Assembly: GCA_043801165.1 (NCBI GenBank)
Contig: JAZDMG010000030.1
Span: 1,025 to 65,024, forward strand
Origin: an archaeon
GTDB lineage: Archaea; Nanobdellota; Nanobdellia; Woesearchaeales; SM23-78
DNA length: 64,000 nucleotides
Reading direction: 5' to 3'
The position numbers were made by a program, and so were the translations under genes. The notes below the pieces were generated by a model. The model worked only from the letters and a program-made list of their open reading frames with translations, was not told where the DNA came from and searched no databases. Of this stretch, positions 27,759 through 38,700 are shown piece after piece (within the stretch, counting starts at the first letter, position 1; each line of letters opens with the position of its first letter).

Positions 27759-28490
27759 ATGATGGGCTTATTTTCTAAGAAGAAAGCATTAGAGTTCCCT
27801 CCTAGGCAGGCTCCTATGAGCCAGGATATACCTGACCTTAACCAGCTTCTTTCAGAGGCGCCAGTCCCTCCTCCAGAGCTCCAGCAGCTCAATCTTCCGT
27901 TCCCAAAGGGAATGGAAAATGGCCAATTCCCGATGCCACCAGGATTCCAGAGCCCATTCCCTGAGCCGCAAGGATTGCACATCCCGCCACCGCCAGGTTC
28001 ATCAGCTAAATCACTGCCTGCCTTTGAAGGAGTGAGCTCCCAATCAATGTCGCAGCAGGTCTCTTCTCAACAGCAATCTTCCCAGCCGACCACAGAGAGC
28101 TTTGAGCTGCCTGACTTTGACGAGGAAGACCTGAAAGAGATAGAAGATGCAGAGAGAGCCCCGAAGAGAGTGGTGAAAGAAGAAGAGAAACCATCCTATG
28201 CTGCTGTGGAAGTGAAGCCAGAATCAGCCGAGGCTGAAGAGCCGAAATTAGAATATCCTGAGCCTGCTCAGGAGAAGGCGGCTGCGGGCAAGGACAAATA
28301 TCTTGAGATAAACAGATGCTTTGAGGCAAAGGATACTGTTGAAGAGCTGCGCAAGATTGCCAAGGTCACAGAGGATGGCATAGAGAACCATTCTGCCAAG
28401 GAGACCAACGAGAGATACCATTCCCTGCTCAACACGCTCAACCTGATGCAGGAAAAATTAATACTTATCGACAATAAACTCTTTGAATGA
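27759..28490 (+). CDS. Hypothetical protein, Pro-rich disordered N-terminus and coiled-coil C-terminus
   Basis: SD GAGGTG; MGLFSKKK start; C-terminal helical hairpin. Confidence 0.8.
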   Translation: MMGLFSKKKALEFPPRQAPMSQDIPDLNQLLSEAPVPPPELQQLNLPFPKGMENGQFPMPPGFQSPFPEPQGLHIPPPPGSSAKSLPAFEGVSSQSMSQQVSSQQQSSQPTTESFELPDFDEEDLKEIEDAERAPKRVVKEEEKPSYAAVEVKPESAEAEEPKLEYPEPAQEKAAAGKDKYLEINRCFEAKDTVEELRKIAKVTEDGIENHSAKETNERYHSLLNTLNLMQEKLILIDNKLFE

Positions 28491-28505
28491 TTATGAGGTG
28501 AAGAG

Positions 28506-28727
28506 ATGATAGAATCGAACCCTGTGTTTGTCAAGGTGGAAAAATACAAGGAGATAATGGACATAATCAACGTCATCGACAAAAAGATAGGCAATGTCAG
28601 GCAGATACTATCTGACCTTGACGAGCTGAAGTCAAGAGAGGATGATGAGATCGCCAGCTGGCAGAAGAACATAGAGGATGTCAGCCACAAGCTCGACTCA
28701 TTGAAAGAGGAGCTCTCAGGAGAATAA
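28506..28727 (+). CDS. Small coiled-coil hypothetical protein
   Basis: SD GAGGTGA; PVFVKVEKYKEIMDII... Confidence 0.8.
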   Translation: MIESNPVFVKVEKYKEIMDIINVIDKKIGNVRQILSDLDELKSREDDEIASWQKNIEDVSHKLDSLKEELSGE

Positions 28728-29183
28728 ATGCAGATGACCAACGGCAAGAAACCAGCAGAGGAGAAGAAGCACCATGATGATCTAGATTTCTTCATGCGCA
28801 TATCAGACCCAGCCCTCTTCAGGAGGAACCTGTTGGAATCTTCCAAGCAGACCCTCGGCATGATCCGGGAGATGTATACTGTCAAGCAGATCAGGGAGAT
28901 GAAGCAGGAAAGGATATCTACGCTGCACAGGGAATTCAAGGAGATAAGGCTGCTCTGCCAGAAGCTTGAAGAGATAATGCCAAAGCACACAGAGGCAGAC
29001 CTGAGGAAGCACATCCCCGAGTTCAATGCCAAGAAGAAAGAGCAGAAGACGCTTGTCCAGGAGCCAGAGTCAGCACCAGAGCCTGAGGCAAGGCCAAAGG
29101 TCTCTCCGCAGAAAGCCTCGTCAGAGCTTGACAAGCTGGCGCTGGCGCTCAACGAAGTGCAGAGAAAGCTGAGCAACCTCTAA
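28728..29183 (+). CDS. Coiled-coil hypothetical protein
   Basis: Starts immediately after previous stop; FFMRISDP..RRNLLESSK; C-terminal ELDKLALALNEVQRKL. Confidence 0.8.
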   Translation: MQMTNGKKPAEEKKHHDDLDFFMRISDPALFRRNLLESSKQTLGMIREMYTVKQIREMKQERISTLHREFKEIRLLCQKLEEIMPKHTEADLRKHIPEFNAKKKEQKTLVQEPESAPEPEARPKVSPQKASSELDKLALALNEVQRKLSNL

Positions 29184-29231
29184 AAGAAAAACACTTATAA
29201 AACCACAACTTGTTCTAATCAATAAAGTTAT

Positions 29232-29315
29232 GCGGGTGTGCCGGAGTGGTCAAACGGGATAGCCTCAAGAGCTCTTGGCTTAGTGCCTACGCAGGTTCGA
29301 GTCCTGTCACCCGCA
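29232..29315 (+). tRNA. tRNA-Leu (CAA)
   Basis: Acceptor gcgggtg/cacccgc, D-loop GGAGTGGTCAAA, anticodon loop CT-CAA-GA, long variable arm, GGTTCGAGTCC; no encoded CCA; TATA upstream. Confidence 0.95.
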
Positions 29316-29326
29316 CTTTCGAAGAA

Positions 29327-29382
29327 AGTGTGGGCTCAGAAATTCAGTAGGAATTTCTGTTGCCCGTACTCAAACTTTTTTC
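29327..29382 (+). terminator. Long hairpin plus T-tract downstream of tRNA
   Basis: agtgtgggc-tcagaaattc-agtag-gaatttctg-tt-gcccgtact, then tttttt. Confidence 0.45.
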
Positions 29383-29452
29383 TTACAGAAAAACAAGACT
29401 GCTGTGCCTTAAAAACAAACCTTTAAAAACTCCATTCTGCAGGCTTATGGTC

Positions 29453-30784
29453 ATGGCATTAGAAATAATAACAGTAGGCGGATATTCTGAGATTGGAAGG
29501 AACTGCACCCTGGTGAGGGTGGATGATGAGGCTGTCATTCTTGACATGGGGCTTCACATGGACAATTACATAGCATACACTGAAGAGGCAGAAGGCTTGC
29601 CCAAGAAGGAGATGTCAGCCAATGCGCTCATACATGTGAATGCTGTTCCTAACATCAATCAGATCAAGCATCTCTGGCCGAGTGTCAAGGCCATCTGCAT
29701 CAGCCACGCGCACCTCGACCACGTCGGAGCAGTGCCTTTCCTGAGCAACAAGTTCAGCGCAGACATCCACGGGACTGATTACACCATCGAGGTCCTAAAG
29801 GAGATACTGATGAATGAGAGCATCAGCATCAGGAACAAGCTGGTCTCGCACCCTGTGAACTCGAAGTTCAAGGTCTCTGAGAAGATAAACATTGAGTTCA
29901 TCAACATAACTCACTCTGTGCCGCAGACAGTCGTGATTGCTGTGCACACGCCCTATGGCTCTGTGCTCTATGCCAATGATTTCAAGCTTGACAACGCCCC
30001 TGTGCTCGGCGACAAGCCGAACTTCAAGCGCTTCGAGGAGCTTGGCAGGCAGGGTGTCAAGGCATTGATCCTTGATTCATTATACGCCAGCACATCGATG
30101 AAGACCCCAAGCGAGAGCATAGCAAAGGAGATGCTCAAGGACGTGCTGCTGGGCGTGAACTCAAAGGGCAAGACAGTAATCATAACGACATTCTCAAGCC
30201 ACATCGCAAGGCTCAGCACCATCGTGAACCTGGGCAAGAAGCTCGGCAGGAGAGTAATCTTCGTCGGAAGGTCATTCAACAAATACCTTGGCGCAGCCAA
30301 GCGGGCCGGCATAATAGACTTTGAGAAGCAGGCAGAGTTCGTAAAGTATGGAAGCCAGGTGCCTGATTTCTTCAAGAAGCTCAAGCACCCTGAGAAATGC
30401 ATGATAATAGTCACAGGCCATCAGGGAGAGCCAGGAGCAGTGCTTCCAAGGATGGTCTACAAGCACCTCTATGATTTCAAGGACGGAGACAACGTCATAT
30501 TCTCCTGCAGCGTGATCCCTGTCGAGAACAACATCAGGAACAGGGATAAGCTTGATGCAGACCTCAAGAAGAAGCGTGTCAGGCTGTTCACAGGGGTGCA
30601 TGTCTCAGGACACGCTTTCAGGGAAGATCTCAGGGACCTCATCAGCCTTATCAAGCCAGAGATAGTCATACCCACGCACGGCGACAGGCCCAACCTCGAG
30701 GCCCTGAAGGAATTGGCGATTGAGATCGGCTACAAGCCTGACAGGGTAAGGATTCTCAGGAACAACGACCACGTGAGGCTCTGA
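29453..30784 (+). CDS. rnj: Ribonuclease J (beta-CASP)
   Basis: VGGYSEIGRN, ISHAHLDHVGA, THSVP, DFKLD, TGHQGEP, HVSGHA, PTHG. Confidence 0.93.
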   Translation: MALEIITVGGYSEIGRNCTLVRVDDEAVILDMGLHMDNYIAYTEEAEGLPKKEMSANALIHVNAVPNINQIKHLWPSVKAICISHAHLDHVGAVPFLSNKFSADIHGTDYTIEVLKEILMNESISIRNKLVSHPVNSKFKVSEKINIEFINITHSVPQTVVIAVHTPYGSVLYANDFKLDNAPVLGDKPNFKRFEELGRQGVKALILDSLYASTSMKTPSESIAKEMLKDVLLGVNSKGKTVIITTFSSHIARLSTIVNLGKKLGRRVIFVGRSFNKYLGAAKRAGIIDFEKQAEFVKYGSQVPDFFKKLKHPEKCMIIVTGHQGEPGAVLPRMVYKHLYDFKDGDNVIFSCSVIPVENNIRNRDKLDADLKKKRVRLFTGVHVSGHAFREDLRDLISLIKPEIVIPTHGDRPNLEALKELAIEIGYKPDRVRILRNNDHVRL

Positions 30785-30875
30785 TTCAGGCCAGGTCTCT
30801 CTGCTCTCTTTAGCGTAAACCTTAAATATTAGTGTGCCGTCTCTTAAGCCAATAATAGTTTAGGGGGATTGTATA

Positions 30876-31613
30876 ATGAAATTAACTCTCGCGGATCCAA
30901 AATACTTGAAAGATAGCGTCTCAATAATATCTGATCTTGTCACAGAAGGCATATTCAAGGTGACACCTGACAACATTGAGCTGATAGCGATGGACCCTGC
31001 CAACGTGGCCATGGTCATCTTCAGGCTTATGGGCTCGACCTTCACAGAATACGACGTGAAGAAGCCAGAGTTCCTAGGCATAGACCTCAACAACCTCAAG
31101 CAGGTGCTCAGGAGAGCCAAGCCCAACGACCAAATCACTGTTGAGGTCGAGGACAACAAGCTCAAGATCACTATAAAAGGCGGAAGCCTAAGGACATTCC
31201 ACCTGCCTCTCATCCATGTGGAGGAGAAGGAGCAGAAGGTGCCTGAGCTGAAGTTCAGCGCAACGATAGACACAGACGCCTCTGTGCTTAACGACGCCAT
31301 CGAGGACGCAGACATCGTCGGAGAATCCGTCACCTTCATCGCAGAGCCGAAGAGATTCGCAGTCAGCGCGACCGGCGACCTCAACAAGGCGAACATAGAT
31401 ATTGACGCCGATGAGCATACCAAGATAGTCGCCCATGACAAGGTAAAATCAAAATACTCGATTGAATACCTGAAGAAGATGATTCAGGGCAGCAAGTTGA
31501 GCGGCAAGGTCAAGATAGAGTTCTCAAAGGACTACCCGCTGAGGCTTGAATACCTTGAGCAGGACAAGGTGCAATTGGTGTTCATACTCGCGCCAAGAGT
31601 GGACAACGACTGA
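30876..31613 (+). CDS. pcn: DNA polymerase sliding clamp PCNA
   Basis: AMDPANVAMV, KYSIEYLKK, DYPLRLEY, ILAPRV. Confidence 0.96.
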   Translation: MKLTLADPKYLKDSVSIISDLVTEGIFKVTPDNIELIAMDPANVAMVIFRLMGSTFTEYDVKKPEFLGIDLNNLKQVLRRAKPNDQITVEVEDNKLKITIKGGSLRTFHLPLIHVEEKEQKVPELKFSATIDTDASVLNDAIEDADIVGESVTFIAEPKRFAVSATGDLNKANIDIDADEHTKIVAHDKVKSKYSIEYLKKMIQGSKLSGKVKIEFSKDYPLRLEYLEQDKVQLVFILAPRVDND

Positions 31614-31647
31614 GCAAGATTGAGTGAATATTATTTTATCTTTGTTT

Positions 31648-32040
31648 TCATATCACTCCTGCGTAAGCCAGGATGATCCCTGTCAGCGCAGACAACATCA
31701 GCCAATAGAATGAATGCAGCAGGTCTATGTGCCCCTGAAAATTCCATCTGCTTCTGGAATAGTCCCACACTCTTTTTTTTAGGATGTGGACACAGAATAA
31801 TCCTCCAAGAAGCTCTATCATTGTCAGGACAAAAGTTGCTACGATTATCTGGATGGCGAAGTTTGCCTGGAGATGCCTGAAGATCAGAATCAGGATTATT
31901 CCTCCGATTCCATACATCGGAGAGAAAAGAGGGATGACTGTTCCATGGGTCAGTTTTCTTTTTTCGATTGAGCAATATATGGCATCGATAATCCCGCCGA
32001 TGATTGAGAATGCTATGAAAAGGACGAAGTAAGACGCCAT
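31648..32040 (-). CDS. TMEM229/CmpB-like (DUF1113) membrane protein
   Basis: PMYGIGG, ELLGG, VWDYS..WNFQGHI. Confidence 0.75.
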   Translation of the reverse strand: MASYFVLFIAFSIIGGIIDAIYCSIEKRKLTHGTVIPLFSPMYGIGGIILILIFRHLQANFAIQIIVATFVLTMIELLGGLFCVHILKKRVWDYSRSRWNFQGHIDLLHSFYWLMLSALTGIILAYAGVI

Positions 32041-32217
32041 ATGGCCGGTTGGAAGATTTGTTTATAAAAATGTTCTGGATTGTTTTGGGGCTGTTTTTCA
32101 GATTTTTCATTTGGAATTTCGCAACCTTTATATGGGGTTTCATATCAGGCATATCATTATCCATAAAATCAGCAGCCAAGGCGACACGGTCTTGGATACG
32201 GCTGAGCGGGGTGACAT

Positions 32218-32712
32218 ATGCGACCAGTAACATTAGTCTATTGTTTGCGTGATGATTCTGTGCTCCTTGGCATGAAGAAAAGAGGATTCGGCGTTGGGAA
32301 GCTCAACGGCTACGGAGGGAAAGTTGGCGTTGATGAGTGCATCACCGCGGCTGCTGTCCGGGAGCTCAAGGAGGAGGCAGGCATCTCTGCCAATCAGGCT
32401 GACCTTGAGAAGGTCGCAGAGATAGATTTCTATTTCGCCGATGTGCCTGAGGAAAAGAAATGGAACCAGACGGTGCACGTATACTTCCTCAGGAAATGGC
32501 ATGGAGAGCCTCATGAGAGTGAGGAGATGAAGCACGAATGGCATAGTATCAAGTCCCTGCCGATAGACAAGATGTGGGTGGATGACCAGTACTGGCTGCA
32601 GAAGGTGCTCGAAGGAGAGAAGATCAGGGCGTCATTCACCTTTGCCGGCCAGGGAGAATCTGTGCTGAAGCACTCAATCCGTGTGGTGCACTCATTCGAG
32701 GATTGCTGCTGA
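32218..32712 (+). CDS. NUDIX hydrolase, MTH1-like 8-oxo-dGTPase
   Basis: LLGMKKRGFGVGKLNGYGGKV, RELKEEAG, SEEMK, MWVDD. Confidence 0.9.
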   Translation: MRPVTLVYCLRDDSVLLGMKKRGFGVGKLNGYGGKVGVDECITAAAVRELKEEAGISANQADLEKVAEIDFYFADVPEEKKWNQTVHVYFLRKWHGEPHESEEMKHEWHSIKSLPIDKMWVDDQYWLQKVLEGEKIRASFTFAGQGESVLKHSIRVVHSFEDCC

Positions 32713-32764
32713 CTGTTTTTTTAGTGTGTGGGCAGTAACTTTATAAATAATCAATCTCTTTTGA

Positions 32765-34297
32765 ATGCGAATGGCAGGCAAGCGTTTCCAGCGGCAGGAG
32801 CCAGAATACAGGAAGGTCAAGAGAAGCCTCCGCCTCTCGATACTTGACGGGTCTTTCTTCAACATAATGGACGGTTTCACCGCTTCCTTCATAACCCCTT
32901 TCGCCCTGTTCCTGAAGTCATCGAACCTGATAATATCATTGCTCTCATCTCTGCCTGAGCTTTCAGGGGCATTTTTCCAGCTGCTCTCGGTGAAGGCCAA
33001 TGAGTTCTTCAAGTCAAGGAAGATATTGATTTCGTTTGTCTATTTCATCCAGGCAATACTCTGGCTTCCGCTGCTGCTGATACCTAAGTTCGCTTCAGAG
33101 GGCGCATCAGGCAGCTTCATGCTGCTTTTCATGACATTGATAGCGATGTTCGGCGCGTTCGGAGGGCCTCTCTGGAGAGGGATGATGGGAGACCTTGTCT
33201 CAGAGCATGAGCGAGGAGGCTTTTTCAGCAAGAGAAACAAGATAATAGCGGTTGTCTGCTTCTTGGCGACATTCGTCGCAGGCTTCATACTCCAGCATTA
33301 CGCCATCACCAATGTCTTCAAAGGATTCGTTATCTTGTTCGTTGTTGCCTTCATCGCAAGGTCCTTCTCTGCTTTCTTCATCTTCCTGATGTACGAGAAG
33401 AAGAGCTATGGCGCCAACAGGTTCATCAAGAAGAATGATTCCTTGACGCTTACCAAGTTCCTCCGAGGCCTGACCAAGTCTGATTTTGGGATATTCGTGC
33501 TGTTCATCTGCATCTTCAGGATATCTGTCTCAGTGGCAAGCCCGTTCTTCGCAGTCTATGAGCTGAAGTTCCTGGGTTTCTCATACCTGCAGTTCACATT
33601 GCTTAGCGCAGTTGAGATACTGGCAAGCTTCCTCTTCCTGGGCATCTGGGGCAAGGTCAACGATGAGATGGGAAGCAAGCGGGTGATACTGATAACAGGG
33701 CTGCTGATCCCGCTGGTCCCTCTGCTCTACCTCTTCAGCGCCAACTATTATTACCTGATGGCTGTGACTGTGCTCTCAGGTGCTGTTTGGGGCGGCTTCA
33801 ACCTCTCAGTGGGTAATTTCCTCTTCGATGCCTCTGACTCAGCAAACAGGGTGAGGTATGTATCCTACTTCAACCTGATCCACGGCATAGCGATATTTGT
33901 CGGAGCTATGGCAGGAGGATTGCTCCTTGGCGTGCTGCCTGCCACAAAGGAGAGCATAAAAGTCCTTTTCCTGATTTCAGGGATACTGCGGCTTATCGTG
34001 GCGTTGTTCCTATTCCCATTGATGAGGGAGATGAGGATAGTGCAGGTGAGCTTTGACAAGCGGTTCTTCAACTACTCTGTCTTCATCAAGCCAAGGCAGG
34101 GATTTGTCCAGGACCCCTTCGACTATTACATGGCCTATGAGAAGAGGCCGCCAGGGCCGAGGCCAAGGCTGATAGTTGACAGGCAGCTATTGGACGACAG
34201 CCAGTACAAGGATAAGTTCGAGGAGGATGTAAAGGAGCATGCCAAATACAAGAACTTCATCCAGGCGCTTGTCGACAATATGAAGAAGAAGAAATGA
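32765..34297 (+). CDS. MFS transporter
   Basis: About 12 TM helices, GDLV..ERGGFFSKR, WGKVNDEMGSK. Confidence 0.88.
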   Translation: MRMAGKRFQRQEPEYRKVKRSLRLSILDGSFFNIMDGFTASFITPFALFLKSSNLIISLLSSLPELSGAFFQLLSVKANEFFKSRKILISFVYFIQAILWLPLLLIPKFASEGASGSFMLLFMTLIAMFGAFGGPLWRGMMGDLVSEHERGGFFSKRNKIIAVVCFLATFVAGFILQHYAITNVFKGFVILFVVAFIARSFSAFFIFLMYEKKSYGANRFIKKNDSLTLTKFLRGLTKSDFGIFVLFICIFRISVSVASPFFAVYELKFLGFSYLQFTLLSAVEILASFLFLGIWGKVNDEMGSKRVILITGLLIPLVPLLYLFSANYYYLMAVTVLSGAVWGGFNLSVGNFLFDASDSANRVRYVSYFNLIHGIAIFVGAMAGGLLLGVLPATKESIKVLFLISGILRLIVALFLFPLMREMRIVQVSFDKRFFNYSVFIKPRQGFVQDPFDYYMAYEKRPPGPRPRLIVDRQLLDDSQYKDKFEEDVKEHAKYKNFIQALVDNMKKKK

Positions 34298-34389
34298 TGG
34301 AAGTAAGTGCTGAGCAGAAGTATTCCTTAAGATTTATAAAACGATGATTGTTCTCAGGCACAACACTCAGTAATGTGAAAGGTGATATT

Positions 34390-34674
34390 ATGGTTGTGAA
34401 GAAGAAAGCAATTAGGAAAGTTGTGAAGAAGACAAAGGCAGCAGCTCCTGCAAGGACAGGCAAGGCGAAGATCACTAGGAAGATGCTCATCGGCGATGCA
34501 GTCCAGAAGCATCCTGAGACTGTCGAGGTGATGTTCAAGCACGGCATGCACTGCATCGGCTGCGGCATGACCGCCTATGAATCCATAGAGCAGGGCTGCA
34601 CGGGCCACGGCATGACAGACAAGGAGATAGACGCCATGGTCGAAGACATGAACAAGGCTGCCAAGGATAAGTGA
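34390..34674 (+). CDS. DUF1858 domain protein with basic N-terminal extension
   Basis: ITRKMLIGDAVQKHPETVEVMFKHGMHCIGC...ESIEQGC..HG. Confidence 0.85.
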   Translation: MVVKKKAIRKVVKKTKAAAPARTGKAKITRKMLIGDAVQKHPETVEVMFKHGMHCIGCGMTAYESIEQGCTGHGMTDKEIDAMVEDMNKAAKDK

Positions 34675-34741
34675 TGGAAGTTCTTGCGACAAGCTTGACT
34701 CTGGCGCAAGCTTTATAAACGTCCTGGAATTCTTTTGGATA

Positions 34742-34963
34742 ATGGCAAAATACAAGATAGAGGTCGATGAAGACGTATGCGTCGGCTGCGGCGCCTGCGC
34801 TGCCACCTGCGACGAAGGCTTTGTGCTGAAGGACACTGAGAAGGGTTCCAGGGCCAAGCCTAAGAAGGCAGAGGTGGATGATCTTGGCTGCATAAGGAAC
34901 GCTGCCGATGTCTGCCCTGTGAGCGCAATAACCATAACCGAGATAAAGCCTAAGAAAGAGTGA
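34742..34963 (+). CDS. Ferredoxin (single cluster)
   Basis: CVGCGACAATC...CPVSAI. Confidence 0.9.
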   Translation: MAKYKIEVDEDVCVGCGACAATCDEGFVLKDTEKGSRAKPKKAEVDDLGCIRNAADVCPVSAITITEIKPKKE

Positions 34964-35089
34964 GCTCTTTTTCTCTTCCTGTTTTCTGATACCTATGTTT
35001 CTTTATATGTTTGCGATATTAGGCTTTCTGAATTATATCTTTCAGTATGAAAATATTTAAAAAGCCAGAGAGATTCAGGAACGCGGCAA

Positions 35090-35137
35090 ACACGATATAT
35101 AGGGTAATCACCGAGGGCTAGACACTAGCGCTGGTGT
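35090..35137 (+). promoter_or_regulatory. Tandem NrdR boxes
   Basis: ACACGATATATAGGGT (35090-35105) and ACACTAGCGCTGGTGT (35122-35137), 32 bp apart, resembling consensus acaCwAtATaTwGtgt. Confidence 0.8.
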
Positions 35138-35164
35138 ATAAGGGTGTTTTGGGGGTTTTCAGGG

Positions 35165-35671
35165 ATGAGGTGTCCTTTCTGTTCTTACGAGGAGACGAAG
35201 GTCGTCGAGACCAGGGAGACCGGCGAAGACGTCACCCGCCGAAGGCGTGAATGCCTCAGGTGCAAGAAGCGCTTCACCACCTATGAGAAGCTCGAGAGCC
35301 TGAATCTGAGAGTCATAAAGAAGGATGGCAACAGGGAGTCCTTTGACAAGGAAAAGCTCAGGCGCGGCCTGCTCAAGGCCTGTGAGAAGCGCCCCATAAG
35401 CATAGCTGACATCGACCGGGTGGCAGATGACATCGAAAGGACTCTCAGGAGCAAGCACGCACCAGAGGTAAAGAGCACAATCATAGGTGAGCTTGTGATG
35501 AAGAGCCTCAAGAAGCTTGACTCTGTCGCATACATACGGTTCGCTTCAGTATACAGGTCATTCCAGGACATCCAGGAGTTCGAGAAGGAAGTAAAGCTTC
35601 TCAAGGACTATGTCAAGGATGTGAAAAACGCCAAGTCAAGGAATGTTGGGGCTGGAGCCAAGAAGAGATGA
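35165..35671 (+). CDS. nrdR: Transcriptional repressor NrdR
   Basis: MRCPFC, RRRRECLRC..RFTTYE, ATP cone VIKKDG.RE.FD, VAYIRFASVY. Confidence 0.97.
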   Translation: MRCPFCSYEETKVVETRETGEDVTRRRRECLRCKKRFTTYEKLESLNLRVIKKDGNRESFDKEKLRRGLLKACEKRPISIADIDRVADDIERTLRSKHAPEVKSTIIGELVMKSLKKLDSVAYIRFASVYRSFQDIQEFEKEVKLLKDYVKDVKNAKSRNVGAGAKKR

Positions 35672-35711
35672 TTGATTCATATTCATTATCATAGACTGAG
35701 GGGGTTAGAAG

Positions 35712-38700
35712 ATGAAACCAAAGGTGGACCAGGAAGAAGTTGATAAGATAAAGAAGGAATTGATGAAGAAGAAGGTCAATGTCACAGATAACGCCAGGAC
35801 TGTGCTCCAGCGAAGATACCTGCTCAAGGACCAGAAAGGAAAGGTCTGCGAAGCAGAGGAAGAGCTGTTCGCAAGGGTGGCCACCAACATAAGCCTGGCT
35901 GACAGGTTCTATGATGAGAAGGCAGACCTGAAGAAGACAGCCAAGGAGTTCTATGAGATGATGTCTGACCTGGACTTCATGCCCAACTCCCCGACGCTCA
36001 TGAACGCAGGCAGGGAACTCCAGCAGCTTTCAGCATGCTTTGTGCTTCCATTGGATGATGACATGAACAGCATCATGCAGTCTCTCTATGACGCTGTGAT
36101 GGTCCACAAGTCAGGAGGAGGAACAGGCTTCTCATTCTCAAGGCTAAGGCCTAACGGATCCATAATCAAGTCAACCAACGGCACTTCACCAGGCCCTGTC
36201 TCCTTCATAAGGATGTACAACAACACAACAGAGGAGATAAAGCAGGGAGGCACAAGGCGAGGGGCCAACATGGGCATCCTCAGGATAGACCATCCTGACA
36301 TAATATCATTCATCTATGCTAAGGAGGACAACAATGCCATAACCAACTTCAATCTTTCGATAGCTGTGACTGACAAGTTTATGCAGGCAGTCAACAAAGG
36401 GCAGTATTACAATCTGGTCAATCCGCACACAAAGATGCATTTCACATTGGAGCAGCTGGACATGATCCAGTCGCAGACCCATAAGGATGCCTCTGCCCTG
36501 ATGCTTGACAATGACTACAAGAAAGTGCTTGACCGCCACACAGGCGAAGAGCTAGGCCTGATAAGGGATGGGGCAGTCCTTTTGAACGCCAGGAAAGTAT
36601 TTGACCTCATAGTCAAGCGATCCTGGAAGAACGGAGAGCCAGGCATAATATTCATCGATAAGATGAATGATTTCAACCCCACGCCGGCTGTTGGCGAGAT
36701 CGAGAGCACCAATCCCTGCGTTGTAGGAGAAACTCTTATCCCTACGACAAAAGGCATGATGCCTATAAAAGAGCTTGCTGCTGATTATCATGGTGTTGAT
36801 GTGGCTACTGATGCGCGCGCCCTTGCTTACTCATCTGATGGCAGGCTATTGCTTGAGCAAAAAGGAGTTTCTAACCAGAGAATAAGCAAGGTCATGATGA
36901 CAGGGACCAAGCCGGTGTCTAAGCTGATAACGAAATCAGGCTACGAATTATTAGCGACAGATGACCATAGGATATTGACAACTCAAGGATGGAAAGAGCT
37001 GGGAAAGCTTACAATACAGGACGAGGTGCTTATACAATCAGGGAGCGGATGCTTCAATCCCGATGATGGATTAGGGTTTAAGTCAAAATACGCTGCCAAG
37101 TGGTCTCAAGAGCTAGGGCAGGTACTTGGTTGGCTGGTAGGAGACGGATGGCTTAGAGAAGGGAATGATGCCCGTGTTGGCTTCACATTCAGCCAAGGTG
37201 ATATCGGTGTGTTTGAACACCTGAAACCATTCATTAATCAGTTATACGGGAGAGAGATCAAGGAAGTGCTGCGAGAGAACAAGGTGATCCATCTATCATA
37301 CCATTCAATTGGTTTGGTGGATTTTTTCAAAAAGCTAGGAGCCAAACCTGTGAGAGCTGATAAGAAAGAGGTTCCTGCATCCTTGTTCAGAGCGCCTGAG
37401 AGCGCAGTAAAAGGATTTTTGCAAGGATTATTCACAGCAGACGGAACAATATCGACAGACAACCCTAATAACACCAATTACATCAGGCTAAGCTCAAAAT
37501 CCAGGGAGCTGCTGAAAGGAACCCAATTACTGCTGCTTAACATGGGGATAAAAGCGACTATTTATGAGAGGCATAGGAATAGGAGGATTTCATTCCAATA
37601 CAAGACTGTACGCGGAGAGCTAAGGCTTTATGAATCAGACGGGATACTTTATGAGCTTCAGGTAAGCAAGAGCATGATCCCCCTCTTCATGGACCGGATT
37701 GGCTTCCTATGCGGAAAGCATGAAACAAAATTAGCTCATCTCAGGAAGATAGGCTTCTACAACACAAGATTCGAAGACAGAGTGATATCGATAGAGCCTC
37801 AAGGCCTGCGAGAAGTTTATGACCTGACAGAGCCAGTTACTCATTCATTCATCGCTAACGGCATAATCGTTCATAACTGCGGTGAGCAGCCATTGCTGCC
37901 CTATGAGTCATGCAACCTCGGGTCAATAAACGTGGCTAACTTCATCAAGGATGAGGAGATCGATTATGACAGGCTGTCGGATGTAATCCACAGCGCAGTG
38001 CATTTCCTTGACAACGTCATCGACATGAACAACTATCCTTTGAAGCAGATAGAGCAGATGTCCATCTCCAACAGGAAGATAGGCCTTGGCCTGATGGGAT
38101 TCGCTGACCTGCTGATAAAGCTGGGCATACCCTACAGCTCTGACAAAGGAGTCAAGACAGCCGAGAAGCTCATGAAGTTCATAGATGAGGAATCAAAGCA
38201 GGCCTCTATTGCGCTGGCAAAGACGCGAGGAGTGTTCTTGAACTTCAAGGACAGCATCTTTGACAAGCATTCAAAGAATTTCAAAGGCAAGGAGCTCCAG
38301 CTCAGGAACGCGACAACGACGACCATAGCCCCGACAGGCACCATCAGCATAATAGCGAATGCTTCTGGAGGCATCGAGCCATTGTTCGCCATCGCCTTCA
38401 AGAGATCCAACATACTCCACAAGGGAGATGAGCTCATTGAAGTGAATCCTCTCTTCGAGCAGAAGGCCAAGGACATGGGGTTCTATTCAAAGGAGCTGAT
38501 GAAGAAGGTCTGCGAGCAGGGAACCATAGCAGAGATAGAAGAGATCCCGCGGGAAGTCAGGCGAGTGTTCGTGACTTCGCACGACATAAGCCCCGAGTAC
38601 CACATAAGGATGCAGGCTGCCTTCCAGAAGTACACTGACAATGCAGTGAGCAAGACAGTCAATTTCAAGCACGATGCCACAGAAGAGGATGTTCGCAAGG

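Noticed and set aside
32168-32210. Hairpin in the NUDIX gene 5' UTR as a nucleotide-sensing (ykkC-type) riboswitch
   Set aside because: Only a modest stem (ccaaggc/gtcttgg); no ykkC consensus
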